A stretch of 64,000 bases of DNA from Massalongia carnosa. Lineage: Eukaryota. Under the pieces are notes generated by a model, which made no database searches, was not told the DNA's origin, and saw only the letters and a list, made by a program, of their open reading frames with translations. Location of the stretch: assembly GCA_965645245.1 (NCBI GenBank), contig OZ287069.1:930001-994000 (forward strand). Reading direction: 5' to 3'. Shown one piece after another: positions 1 to 12,310 of the stretch (position 1 is its first letter; every line of letters starts with the position of its first letter). The translations under genes and the position numbers were made by a program.

Positions 1-905
1 AGTGGCGTATAATGGAGAAGTGGTTGGTATCGGAGTTATTGGTTCATGTTTTGGGGATGCGAGCGCAATGAAATGGGGGGTTATCCAGTTGAAATCTCCT
101 TGATCTACTCGCTCATATCTCTCGTACCTTCGACTTAATTAGCGAAGTCTTTGTATACAATAAGTAGGGGAAATACTCTTCCAGGCTAAAATTCTTGAAC
201 CCACACAGTCCTGCCTCCTTCGCTTTCCACACCCCATACACGACATCTTGGATGCCAATAACGAAGTCCGCTTGACTATATCCAGCATCTCGAAAAGGCA
301 TCAGGGGGGGGTCCGCTTGCGCGATGGGGGCCAACGCCAAATGTGGTGGCCAGTTTTGTATGATAATCATGTAGCAAGCGAGTAAGCAAGCCGCGTTTGC
401 TCTACTTCTCGAATCTGGCCTACTCCAAAATACCACGCCTCTCCCTTCATTGGCAGGGTCTCCCAGAACATCATGAAGCTGAACTGCGAAACGATAGAGA
501 TGGCCGATGTGCAAAGGCCCAAAATCGGCATGAAAGCGATTGTATAGAAGGTCATCATCGACAGTGAAATAAACGGGAGGGTGCACTTTGGGGCCAGTCT
601 GTCTGGAAGATGGAATCTGACCGCTATGTGATTTCGAAGAGCGCTTGTGGGAGGACTTCGCAGGCGACACAGGATATGGAAAAGGCGTGAATGCGGTGGG
701 GGGCTGCGTGTACGAAGCCAGATATATGTGATCTAGTTTACGTATTAACGTCAGTATAGGGAAATATAAGTTCAAGTGTGATTTTAGTTATAAGACCTCT
801 TTATGCTAATGCATAGGCTGTTTACATACTTTGGATATACTCGATTACCTGTCCATAGCTTGTCAAGGATGGAGGAGCAGGTACTCTTGCCGCAAGAGGC
901 GGCAT
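1..905 (-). CDS. CDC14: Cdc14 dual-specificity phosphatase, 5' part (runs off the window start); spliced
   Basis: ATG at 905, exon 1 MPPLAARVPAPPSLTSYGQVIEYIQ, donor GTATGT at 829. Exon 2 has DDLLYNRFHADFGPLHIGHLYRFA, RANAACLLACY and PFRDAGYSQADF. After another intron: YERVDQGDFNWITPHFIAFASP. These are Cdc14 N-terminal domain motifs. Confidence 0.93.
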
Positions 906-1370
906 ATTGATAACTGGTATGGGCAGTCGCAATGTACACCTTAAGCAGAGCTCGGCCAGTTGTAACTGGAGCTCTTTGAGGCGCTTTTGTAGCAGTTGCG
1001 ATGAGAATTGAGTAGGGGCGATGGAGCGGTTTTGGGTTTGTTGACGTCTGTCCGATTAGATTTAGGCAAAATCGTCGCCGACACAAATATTTGGGAGTCT
1101 AACAGTCTTCTAAGCTAATGCTTATAATGATAACAACGGTTTAAGAGAAAGTCGTGCTACTTTCGTATGTGACTGTTGACGTACTGATGTTTATTATGGA
1201 GGCTTGGATCCAACCAAGGGTTTTTACTCGTCTTTTTTTCGACGGCCACCCGCACCTTGAAAGTTGTTTGTTTAAAGTTAGCGCCGACTTACCGCAGCGC
1301 TAGTCGTTGGCTTGGCAACGTGCTGTGGCGTAGCTATCTTTTGCGACTTCAAGACCTCCAAGTCAGCAAA

Positions 1371-1829
1371 ATGACAGCTGATCCTGCATTCCCTTGTGCG
1401 TTGTACGTTCACACTGGATTCCGCAACCCACCATCAGCCGATTTAGCTAACTTCTTTAGATCCATATCAGTTCCCTTCCCAACCAACCGCCTAGCCTCCT
1501 CTGCGCTCCAAGCCCTTCAAGTCGACCCGGAACTTTCCCCATTTGTGCGCCGACACTTCTCTCTCCACGAAAAAAATACGCTCACAGAAGACTCTCACAA
1601 CACTGAAAATTGTGCTTCTAACCAGCAAAAAGAGCATGCGGAGCAATCCCAAAAGGATTTTGCAGACAATCAAAAAACTGTGCTACGAACCGAATACAAA
1701 GCGATGACCAACCGCACGCTGCGAGTAGCTGTCAACGGCTTCATGGAGAGTTTAGGGGTGGTGCTTCATGTGATAGAAGAGTTGGACGTTGACATATTGG
1801 CCGAAAACTTGCCAGCGCCGAAGACGTAA
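1371..1829 (+). CDS. PCC1: EKC/KEOPS complex subunit Pcc1
   Basis: MTADPAFPCAL, then a 57-nt in-frame intron (GTACGT 1403, CTAAC, TAG 1459), then ISVPFPTNRLASSALQALQVDPELS...YKAMTNRTLRVAVNGFMESLGVV. Typical Pcc1 pattern; divergent from CDC14. Confidence 0.85.
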   Translation: MTADPAFPCALYVHTGFRNPPSADLANFFRSISVPFPTNRLASSALQALQVDPELSPFVRRHFSLHEKNTLTEDSHNTENCASNQQKEHAEQSQKDFADNQKTVLRTEYKAMTNRTLRVAVNGFMESLGVVLHVIEELDVDILAENLPAPKT

Positions 1830-2928
1830 GAGGGTTGGCTTACGTTGCTTCTAATGAGATTTCAGCATTTGCAAATATTAGGTATAGGAAACGATTCGAA
1901 ATATGGGTCGCAAAAATATTGGTTCGACTCATCATTTTATCTCGTCCTCGAAAATTGTTCAGGTGCAAAGCGCCTATGACCATTCATTAATACCTAAATA
2001 CAGCTTAAGAACCCTCCGACGCAAGGCTCTCAATGACCTTATTCGCACAGACAGAGAAGCCCTCGGAGTGAAACCCCCCGGAACCCTCCAACCCAACTCT
2101 TCGCAGCAAAGGAAGCAATCCATCACCCGTGTCCTTTTCTGCTATGCCTCTCACGGCCAACTAGCATGGCTCTACGACAACCTATATTATCAACAGTGTT
2201 TGCATGAAAATAGGAATTTCACAAGAAATCCCAAATTTGCATGGCATATGCTATCTTGGCATGCACTATCTGTCTTGCTGTACATACGCTACAATATATC
2301 AGGCGTTCATTGCGGGAAGCCGGTTAGCAGATAAGCATAGTAGGTACTTAGCCAGGACCTACGTTTGGAGTTCGCTCATCCCTAGCACTCATACATATCG
2401 CATTTCCACAAGACTATCCAGTAGGCGCCTTTGAAAACGAGACAAATAATTAACTTAATTGTCATCCAATGTCCCAACCCGTTGTCTTTTGCGTACATGT
2501 ACAAACAGGACAAGGGGAATCCACACCCAGATCCTTCTCCAAAAGGGAAAACAATGCTTTGCCACAATATGAACCAAACGTGAATGTTCGAGCAAAAAAT
2601 TGTTTAAATATCCAGTCTGGGGGTTTCGATTAGGAAAATATATAATTACAATTGCCTAGTCAGAAATCTCTAAGCACATGAATATACCACTGTTCTTATA
2701 AAACTACAGGAAAAGAGAATTCTTGTACTCTGGAGAAAGGTCCGCTCAGTATTCCATGAAAAAAGTCGTATAGAAGTTTTCCTACTGTTAAGGCACTGAA
2801 ACGGGTCGGTATATTCGAATCCCTAAGATAACATATTATCCCACCCTCTCTACTCATGATGAGCCTTTCAGCCCCTGAACGCTCGTTCTAAAAATGCACG
2901 GTTTCTCCAACCCCCCGCCGCCCCCCAT

Positions 2929-3256
2929 CCTCAATGTATACTTTGCGCAGCCTCCGTGTCCTCTGGCCTGAACCCCTTGTTAAAGAAATTCTATCAACTA
3001 CAAACGGGATTACCGTCGTTTTTCAGTCAAGAGGGGACAGAGAGGCGCTGTAAGGGAGGCTTCGGCGTGAATGATTATCGATATAACATTGGGAAATAGA
3101 GTAGAGGGATGCGGGAGGCTTTGATTGCGATAGATGGAGCAGTTTGCATCGATTGTCAAGTGGAGAAATCAATTTAAAAAAAGGAAGCGGGTGCGGAACG
3201 GAGTATTGAGCAGAATAAGGTGGTAAGAAGGATAAGCAAGTTTCGAGAATGGTAGG
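2929..3256 (+). pseudogene. Degenerate coding relic (CxxC ... CIDC), possibly the C-terminus of a fungal BTB-type protein
   Basis: One frame reads PQCILCAAS...NIGK*SRGMREALIAIDGAVCIDCQVEKSI*... with internal stops. The family assignment is a guess. Confidence 0.3.
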
Positions 3257-4127
3257 TGCTTAATAAGCCTAAAGGTCCTTCGTCAAAAGAGGGTTTCAAG
3301 GAATTTCTTCGTGCTACTTTTTTTTCATATCATAAGTAATCCATGGGACAGAAATTCAACGGAAGAAGAGGTTCAGGCTTCTTAGTTTTTTGTAGTCGGA
3401 CCTGTCTCCAGCCCTATTGAAGTTGATATTCCACAGTTTCTAGCCGCTCATTATGATCTGTCAGTATTATGGACAGACATTGCATGACTTCTGCCAGGCG
3501 GGTCTATAATAAAGGGTTCGCCTTATGCTTTTTTTTCATGACATACTTGATGTTCCGAAAGGGCCTATGGCTGTATACGCTAGTTTGCACATCTTGTCCA
3601 TCATCTTGATGTGATTCCGCAGGACTTTCACCGGGCGTTGAAACCATTTATTCTAAACTGTTCTGGCGGCTGTTTTCTTTGCCTGGTACCTGCTGAGGGC
3701 TGATGTCTGCAGAATTGAAGTAGGGAAACTCGTAGGATCCGCCTTGCTTCTCTTTTATAGACATTATATTCGCTTGGGTCAAGACGAAAGGCTTGGTGTC
3801 AGGTGGAGGGCTTTTGCCAGGACCAACCCCAATAGAAATGTATTGCTGAACAAGCTTCTTAGTAGTAGTAGTCCGTAGGTAGCGTTTCAACCCTTTTGGT
3901 TCCCGGCTCTATGAGCTCTGCGCTGATTTTTAAAAATCCGATGAGGTTATCTCTATTACCTTCATTCCTTTATCCTGTACGTTTCCTTTTTTAATCTCTG
4001 CTCCAGAAACTCTATTTGCTCTCTGTGCGGGTTCTGATATGTTCTTCGTCTGCAGCACTTCGTTCAACATGCCCAAAGCAGCTTTCAGTTTGTCAGCGGT
4101 CTCCCGGTCCGGGCCAGTGATAACACT

Positions 4128-6140
4128 TTACTTAACCGATACTTCCCTAGCCGAATTCTTTTTGTCAAGCACTCGAGTAATACTTGTCCGAAGACCTGTT
4201 TTCATGGTAAACATTGTGTAAGGTGGGTCAAGTTTTGTCTGCACCACAGGTCCAAGCGGCTCGGTAATGGCGTGTGACGTTAGGCAATCCGGGCTATAAG
4301 TATCAACTTTGAAACTCATACCATGTTCAGAGAGCATGCCAAAATGATTTTTGATGAAGATATACTGAAATGGTAGACGGAATTGACCGGAATGCTCATC
4401 TGTACTGCTAGGATCATCCATCCTTGAGGGAACAGTACCGAAGGAGACCGATGGATCCGTTGCAATAAGCCAAGAGCCAGGCTTTCCGGTAATCCTAGGT
4501 GGCAACTTGTAATATTCGTTATCCAAGAACCGGAAAAACTCGATCAAATCACCGGGTTTGACAACTTCCCCAAGAGCTTGGAATTTTTCCATAGCTACGT
4601 CCTGGCCCTCTCCAAAATTCGATAGCTCTTTAACCTCAAGACGGCTATATGTCGAATCTGGTTCCAGCGCCAGCAAACCTGCCTTGATGCCCCAACCTCC
4701 TCCACCACTAAGGACTCTATGCAGCCGGGAACCCCGCTCAATCCGGGAATGAAGATCTAATGGCAAGGATTGGGGCTGAGTTATTCTACTCTCACGTGGG
4801 GTCACCAGGGCCCAGACGTCAATCTTCTTGACACCTTCACCGGTTTCAATGAGACGAGACACCACATCTTCTAATTCCTTTGATGCAGGAACTATCTCAC
4901 CGGGACCTTGTTGCAGTTTCCGGATGATATTGCCCATCGCATCGGCGACGATACTAGAACGAGTTGTTGATGTTAATTTGATGTCCAGACCAAATTGAGA
5001 CTGTAAGTCAGTGGCTGCATAAATACCAGTCATCTGTATACTCTGTTGCGGCAACAGAACCTTTCGTATGCGGAGAATTTCGGGTTCGGACTCGGGACTC
5101 TTGGTGAATTTCCAACGTTCAGCGAAGAGGGTCGAGGTTTGCCCATTTTGGAAAAGCGTATTAGCCACGGGCAATTCCAGTTCACGGGATACAAGACGCC
5201 GAGGATGCTTCAAACCTCGGGACATGAGCGAAGCAATGGCATTAGGTTGAAATTTGAACGAGAGGGAACAACGTTGCTGAATTGTCATGGTTTCTCGCTC
5301 ACTCGGCCATTCTCGGGGCGACCATAGGTCTGGCGCCGCAGCCTCCGAATTCAAGACACAAACAGAGATTCCCTCAAATCCAGCACGCTTGAAAAACCCA
5401 TGTGGCTCATTCGATAGACATTGTGTCGGGTAAGGAAGCTTATCGACAACCGCCACTAATACGTCGATTTCTGGGCTATTATTTGTGACCTTGAATAGTT
5501 TATGGAGAAGGCGACCAATGAAAGAGCTTTCTTCATTCACCAGCCCAATTCCAGCTTGCGTAACAAGAAGGACAACAAGCGGTACCTTTGAGATGGTAAT
5601 CCTGCTTATCCGAAGCTGTTGAAGAAGTGTGGATCCTTTACCAACCTTTAATATGCATCAATCAATATTTCTGGCACATTGCCATCAGATATGACCTACC
5701 TTTATCGCCTGTGGATTGAATAGGATGGACCAGCCTTTGCCAAGGTTTGACGAATTGTTAATTGTGGATTGAGTCGCAGCCAAACACTCTAGTTCTTCCT
5801 TTTCCCCTCCTTCCCCTTCTCTCCCCTCCTCTCGCCGTTCTTCTCCCTGAGGACGGGTTATAGTATTGGATAGCCATTTTTTTGGATTGATCAAGGGGGA
5901 CCAGGCTTGATCAGTATCTGGTGATTTCTCGGGGATAGGTTCACTTGTAGCCAAACGCCCCGGCCCGCCCTCTACTTCGTTCTCTTGCCCTTCTCCCTTC
6001 TGGAGCCCGATTGTTGATCTTGATAGGCATCTTTTCGAACAGTATGCAAAAGTTATCTTGCGCGGTTGACATGGTCCAGTTTTCGTTTGCACTCGTCTTA
6101 GGTTCGAATGAAATACACTGGCTGAAAACCTCTGTACCAT
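4128..6140 (-). CDS. Conserved fungal hypothetical protein with a basic N-terminus resembling a mitochondrial presequence; one intron at about 5640-5700
   Basis: 470-aa ORF with LPVANTLFQNG, MGNIIR and RVLSGGGGWGIKAGLLALEPD. Upstream exon MVQRFSASVFHSNLRR; GTAGGT donor near 5700. Confidence 0.7.
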
Positions 6141-6281
6141 TTCTGAGCTGGCGTTTCTCCGTCATAATGAAGTTTGTACGAAGTAAAGCTAATTGGTTTC
6201 GTAGCTTACCTATGCTTACCTAATCAAACCGGACGGCGGCTGAACTCCGGCTTAGCCAGCCCGTAGAGCTACGCACGTCCG

Positions 6282-6389
6282 AGTAATCGTCGGCTAGTCG
6301 CTCGCTTAATCCTCTCCCTCCAAGAAGCATTCGCTTCTAAATGCTTCTTGGAGGGAGAGGATTAAGCGAGCGACTAGCCGACGATTACT
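6282..6389. repeat. Perfect inverted repeat (foldback): 50-bp arms, 8-nt spacer
   Basis: 6282-6331 AGTAATCGTCGGCTAGTCGCTCGCTTAATCCTCTCCCTCCAAGAAGCATT is the exact reverse complement of 6340-6389. The loop is CGCTTCTA. Confidence 0.97.
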
Positions 6390-6399
6390 GAGGCAATAA

Positions 6400-7860
6400 A
6401 GTTCCCTTTGCAAAGTCTGCCTCTGTAATACAACAACCAAGAAGAGCTTTAATTGAAGCCATTAGTTTCAAGATTGAACCACCCCGATGTATGCTAATAT
6501 TTCGAGACGTACAGTAATCGGACAATTATCCCTACCCAAAACAAGCACTTATATAGTGCATCTGGTTCGTTAAGAGAGAAGTACTTACAGTCAATTTGAC
6601 AACTTCACTTGGTTGTTGAAGTTGAATTTCATCACCTAGCTAGAACAAACCTAGTGAGATTATATTTCCCCGGATGACAGCTTTTTTCATGTGTTTTCCA
6701 AATCCCTATTGAAAGTTTGACCATCACAGTTACTCCAGGGCAGCCCAAAGGCCAAAGCCTAGTACTCATCGCTCTTGCCTGTGGGTACATCTGGTGGTCC
6801 ACTCCATCTTAAAGACTTAGGTGAATAGGCATGAGTGTTACTTTTAGAAGTAATGAAGCTCTATAGCTCAAGAAGCCTTAAAGAACACTAGAGGTCCGTT
6901 GGGTCTTACCAAGTGTTAGCTAGTTATCAGAATTCGTCCAGAAAGATCGATTACTCCAGGAGAGGTACATATATCACCCTATTTACTACTCTTAACACCA
7001 GAGGTACTTCGAGAGCTGATAAAGCAGGTAGAATTAGAAATCGGAGGAAATATCAGGATTACAGTATCCCACATTAAAATTTTCCCAAACGAGCCAACAT
7101 AAAGAGACTAGAGAGGCTTTCTAAGCAAAATTTACCAAATCCAAATGTTTGTGATGCCCAGGCACGAATGATGTTGGAAATGGCTTGACGTACGGCCTAC
7201 TCGGACAGATGTACATGGATATACTAAATTACCTAAACATCTAAGTATCATCGTTGAGCCATCTACTTTGGCTCATTTGATCGGTTCCTTGTGATTCTTC
7301 ATGTAGCTGAAGGAAGATTAATAAACGTTGATAACAAGTTTTTAGCGACGAGTAAGTGGTTATTGGAGAGCAATCATGAATCATGAATGAACAATTGAGT
7401 TGGCAAGTTTAAGTGGTTGAAAACTCTAGTGGATTAGTTACTACAAATTGAGGGTCTTGTGGATGAGGTGTACAATACGTAGACCCATGCTCATAATCAT
7501 TGTTAAGATAAACTCTACTCTAAAAGATATACTGGATAAACTAGAAATACTAAATAAAATACCACTCTTAAAAAGAACAATATCATAAAAGTTGAAGCTG
7601 ACGAGCTTCGTTCTTGGAGATGCTAGTGTAGGAATAATTTGAAAGCAGCCTCTCTGTAATGAGACACAAGGAAATGCCCGTTAACTGGAGTGGCCCACAC
7701 TTTGATGTTGAAAGGAATAGCAAAAAGGTACCGGACGAGGTTTAGACAAATCAAACAAACTTCCAATGGTTAAGACTGATAAAGTCTAAGGATTGGACCA
7801 GCAGGATCACCGACCCTGGCACGCGTGGAACCCGAAGGCAAGCCATGCTATGCTATGTGG
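6400..7860. other. ORF-free, AT/TpA-rich degenerate region, probably decayed repeat or gene relics
   Basis: No ORF of 60 aa or more over about 1.5 kb, many TA dinucleotides, short protein-like stretches broken by stops; lies beside the LTR relic. Confidence 0.35.
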
Positions 7861-7868
7861 AGATGGAT

Positions 7869-8390
7869 TCACCAACGGTCTTCTAGTACATCCCTCAAAA
7901 CGGTAGGTATTTGAAAGGCTCGGAGCATGCTTCTGACCGGCGATCCTAGAAGTTCAGCTTGAAATTGCCGGAAAGAGGGTTTTTGATCGCAAACTCGAAA
8001 ATGCTGTGTATTCTTGTAATCGAGCATGACGACCTCTGGAACTTTATCTTTGTGCAACTATCCGATGCTTCAAGGTTTGCTGAAGGACCGGGAAATTAAC
8101 GTGGGATATCTGCTTACTTGCATCAGCCTGAGCAACTTCTTTGTGGGTATCCGTGAACCGCGTAGTATTTGGCATTGTTATGCTATTACAGAAATTCTCC
8201 GAAATTCCGAGCATCCTGTGATCGTTACAATCTGGCTTCACCCAATTCGTTTTCGGCTTTTTGGTTCACTTCCCCAGACTTCCTTCCTTGGCTTATCTCA
8301 GATCGACGTGCTATCGCCATCGGTGGCCTATTATGCGTGATGATTGGCTCTTCTCCGCTAGCTTCCCAACCTTTACAGAGGGCCATGAGT
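7869..8390 (-). pseudogene. Degenerate gag-like relic of an LTR retrotransposon
   Basis: Lies downstream (minus strand) of the putative LTR 8671-9220. Fragments such as KPSFRQFQAELL and LQQTLKHRIV are broken by stops and frameshifts. Confidence 0.35.
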
Positions 8391-8424
8391 GATAGGTAGG
8401 AATGTACATCACAAGACCTTTTGG

Positions 8425-8502
8425 TGGATTAGGGATTTGGATTGGGGATTTGGATTGGGGATTTGGATTGGGGATTTGGATTGGGGATTTGGATTGGGGA
8501 TT
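8425..8502 (+). repeat. Minisatellite, 6 x 13 bp (TGGATTGGGGATT)
   Basis: Six tandem copies read directly; the first is TGGATTAGGGATT. Confidence 0.95.
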
Positions 8503-8670
8503 TGCAAGCGGGTGTTGACAGAAGGGAGCTAGGAAGGCACGGATACCCAGGTGGACATCCATGTCAAGGCTTTAGAAGGGATCCAAAAGGAGGGGAGTGG
8601 GAGGCAGAACACACCGAACCACAAGCAGGCAAGTTAGGACGATTGGGACGAGTAGAAAAGCACCAGATGA

Positions 8671-9220
8671 TGTGACAAAACCCACCCTATCAGTACATAG
8701 CCTTACGCCAAAGGAGCATTACGTCCCATTAGGTTGGTGCTAGATTAGGTATGTGGTAGGTATCTGAGGTACAGAATTGCCGTCGGTTGCTTTTCTCTAG
8801 AGTCCGGCTGTCTTCAGCCATTTGGATAACTTCAACCGTTCAGATCTCCCAGGCTCCTAGTTCGACTCAATGTTTTTATCCGTGCTAAAGCCTACAATAC
8901 CTTGTGGATCACAGAGTACAGAGGAAGTCTGGTATTTGCTGCCACTTTGCCGCCACTTTGCCAACTTGCCAACTTACCAACTTGGCTAACTTGCTCCGCC
9001 TCATGAAGATCGCTTGACCCTACATACTCTGGTGTACGGAGTACCTTAGCTCTCAACACGAAAAGTCATAGATGATACTAAGCAAAGGAGCCCCATCAAA
9101 TCTAGACAAGGCTTTCTTGGAAGGAAAATTATGCCTTTCTTGATCGATGGCTTGGTCTTGATTAAGCCAGAAAGCACAGGACCCCTTTCTATTTCGGCTT
9201 CACCTCACACATCTGTAACA
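8671..9220 (-). mobile_element. Putative LTR (~550 bp), probably the 5' LTR of a decayed Ty3/Gypsy element
   Basis: On the minus strand it starts TGTTACA (9220) and ends TGTCACA (8671). It is non-coding with internal short repeats (8939-8992). No matching TSD, as expected if the gag relic follows rather than it being a solo LTR. Confidence 0.55.
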
Positions 9221-9482
9221 CACCGAGCGAAGTATGGGTGCGGCAGTACGATGTCTAGGTAGGGTCGTAAAAGAAGATACTGCTTATGGTCTGGATCGCT
9301 ATCCATCGTTCTGCAACAGCGTTGAAAGCGTCTCCAGACGCGCAGATAAGGAATACCATCACCAGAGACGTCGGCACGATCGGTCCCATCTCAACGGTCC
9401 GCCCACTCTTGTTCACCCCATCTATTGGACGAAGTGGCAAGCAGGTAAAACATTTATCTGCGCTTCTGTACGGAGTAAGGTA

Positions 9483-10817
9483 CAGTCCCATGTCAAAAGT
9501 TTCCGACTCTACCCGCGATTTTCGTGATTTCGCGTTTCAACCCCTCCAACCCATCAACTTTGACCTCATCATTTCACCATGCCACGCACTACGTTGGCTT
9601 CAATTTCTGGTAATAAGCCTCGTAATACCGAATTGAATCAATGTCAAAGAGGAATGAGTATTGGAGCCCAGGCGTTGGGGCATGCACCGGCCGAAATTGC
9701 AAAGACATTAAATGTGCCTCGAACCACCGTCATTTACACTCTTCAAAAGCACCCAGAACGCAACAACGAAAAGTCCAAATCGCGATCGGGTCGGCCTGGA
9801 ATATTTTCGGATCGCGATAGAAGACGTACCATCAAATTTGCACGAATCAATCCACGCATCACCTATGCGCAGCTGCGTACGGAGGCCGGGGTGCAATGCA
9901 GTCGATCCACTCTCTATCGGACACTCAAAGACTACGGTCTAACAAACTGGCTGGCTAAAAAGCGGCCTTTATTGACGCCCGAGGTGGCAAAGAGGAGATT
10001 GGAATGGTGCTTGGTTCGGCGTGAGTGGACTTCTGAGCAATGGTCAAAAATTATATGGTCAGACGAGTGTTCGGTGGAAAAGGGGTCAGGAAAACAGCGT
10101 CAATGGATGTTCAGATTTCCGGAGGAAAAATGGAAAAAACCTATGATACAACCGTACGCCAAAGGCAAGGAGGTCAAGTTTATGGTATGGGGGGCTTTTG
10201 GAGGAGAGAAAGGTCAGATCTTTACAAATTGGCCCGCGATTTCGAAGCAAAGAAGATGGGGTACTCCGCGAATTCATATTTGGAATTATTGAACGATAAT
10301 CTGCTTGGAATTTGGGAACCGAGCCTCATTTTCATGCAGGATAATGCACTGATTCATACTGCCAAAAAGGTGAAGAAATGGTTCGATGAAAACGGTATAA
10401 CAATCATCGATTGGCCTCCTTATTCTCCTAATTTGAATCCCATCGAGCACGTTTGGTATGTGCTCAAACAGCTCGTTTATCAAGTCAATCCGGACATCGA
10501 TTCGGTGACTGGTAGTGATGATAAGGTCCGCGAGGTACTTTGCAAAGCGTTGGAAGAAGCATGGGCCTTGATAGATGAGGAAATGTTGAGAAGTTTAATA
10601 GTGAGCATGGAAAGGAGGATTGAAGCTTGCATCCAATCGAAAGGATGGAATACGAAATATTAAAAATATATTTCTCAGCCCAAACTCGTTGCTAGAATGT
10701 ATGTAATCATCGTACGAAGTTTCAAGGCATCAAAATAAAAACTTGGTGGTTGATAATTCAAAGCAGTGGGGGGGGTAAAAAGTTGATGGGCTGTCGGAAA
10801 CTTTTGACCTAGTACTG
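9483..10817 (+). mobile_element. Tc1/mariner (impala-like, DD34E) DNA transposon, full length, TA target duplication
   Basis: TA|CAGTCCCATGTCAAAAGTTTCCGAC ... GTCGGAAACTTTTGACCTAGTACTG|TA, enclosing a transposase. Confidence 0.95.
9579..10663 (+). pseudogene. Tc1 transposase with a 1-nt frameshift near 10197
   Basis: HTH region, WSDE, QDNA and WPPYSPNLNPIE in two overlapping ORFs. The span is 1085 nt versus 1086 nt for the relative at 62740-63825. Confidence 0.92.
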
Positions 10818-12310
10818 TACCTACTCCTGACCTGGCATCATGTGCATTTAAACAACGTGATGACTGCAGGATTCATGTACTGCAGGAAGAAAATCCCTGC
10901 GCGAGCGATTATCCCGAGCGCCTCTCGATCTGCTGGTACTCTGTCCTCGTTCTGATACGCACATGTTACCTGCGGCGTCCAGAGTTGAAGTTGCGTCTGC
11001 ACTGCAGTGCGGGCATCATGACAGCAATCATCGGAGAGAGATCCACGATAAGATATGGTACCGAGTGCTATGTACTCTGTACCGAGTTAAGACTGAAGCT
11101 ATGGAAATTCAAGCGTACCCGTACCCCTAATGCTATACTCTACACCTAAAGAGTATCTTGTACGTGCCTCCAACTGATCGTTACCGCATGTTCGCGAATG
11201 ACGAGTGACTCCTCCTTTGTTGATTGATTGCCAAGTCAATGGGCTGATTAACTAACTTTAGGGACATTTCCCTCAGTCGTCCTCTAATCATCCTCCAATC
11301 ATCGCTCAGAAACGGTGCGGGAAAAGGCTAAAAGATTGAAACTGATGAGGCTAAAGTAGCTGAGAACTGTGCGCTAAGGTATTATACCAAGCATGTGGTA
11401 CAAGTTCACCCTAGCTGTACTACAAGGCACCGAGACACTCTAGTCCTTTAGCAGTTAAGGGTGGAAGCTAAGCAGATTAAAAAGCGTGGGAGCGAGATTG
11501 CAGGTCAACTTAGTCTGAGATTAGCCCTTGTCGCTCTTGGGCCCTTCTCGTTCTATCCTAGTCCATCCTAGTTCATCCTAGTCAGTCCTTATCAACCCTG
11601 GTCAGTCGTTGAGTGTTTTGCGTTGATGCGAGTCTTCTCTTTCAAGGCGAATGAAGAGTCATCGTCTCAGCGTTCAATTTGATACCGAGTCCCATGGTAT
11701 TATAACCCGTAATATTGCGTTTGGCCGGTCTTTCGCTTCCTCCCTCCCCTCCCCTCCCTTCTCTGAAAAACACATCTAGGAACATGACCATCTAATAGAA
11801 CATTCAACCCACGCTCCTTTCACATCCCTCTTGAAGATCCGTCCATATCTTCTGGCTCAATACTGGCAGATTCACCTTCTGCCCTAGTATTGTCGCCGTC
11901 CACTCCTTTGTCCTAATTCCCCCGTTTATTTTTGACGGCATATACACTTTCTTTCAAGATGTATGTACCATGTACCTGCTGCTGCACAAGCCAATCTACA
12001 TCCAACCCAACATCTGAGTGAAATGCGTTTCTTCACTCGAATGAGCCGTGAATTAACTGTTTGGACAGACAGACAGACATCGTTCCAAGAGTGTCGACCA
12101 TTTTTTGACATATCTGCTCCATTTCCCCGTTAATTGCCCCGAGTCCTGCCACATCCATCCAAACCGTCAACCTTTCCTGACGACCGCTGAGTCAAAATTT
12201 GTCTCTTATTTGTCTCGAGACCACTGTACCCGGTACATTGAAAACCATTGCTTGATATCATCGGCACAGTCCATCTCGAGCCATTGGGAGTGCTCATAAA
12301 ACCTATCGAA

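Noticed and set aside
1903..2434. ORFs downstream of PCC1
   Set aside because: No recognisable domain. They may belong to the relic at 2929-3256, but this cannot be supported.
8425..8502. Repeat array considered as CRISPR or telomere
   Set aside because: No spacers, eukaryotic context, internal location and a 13-bp unit.
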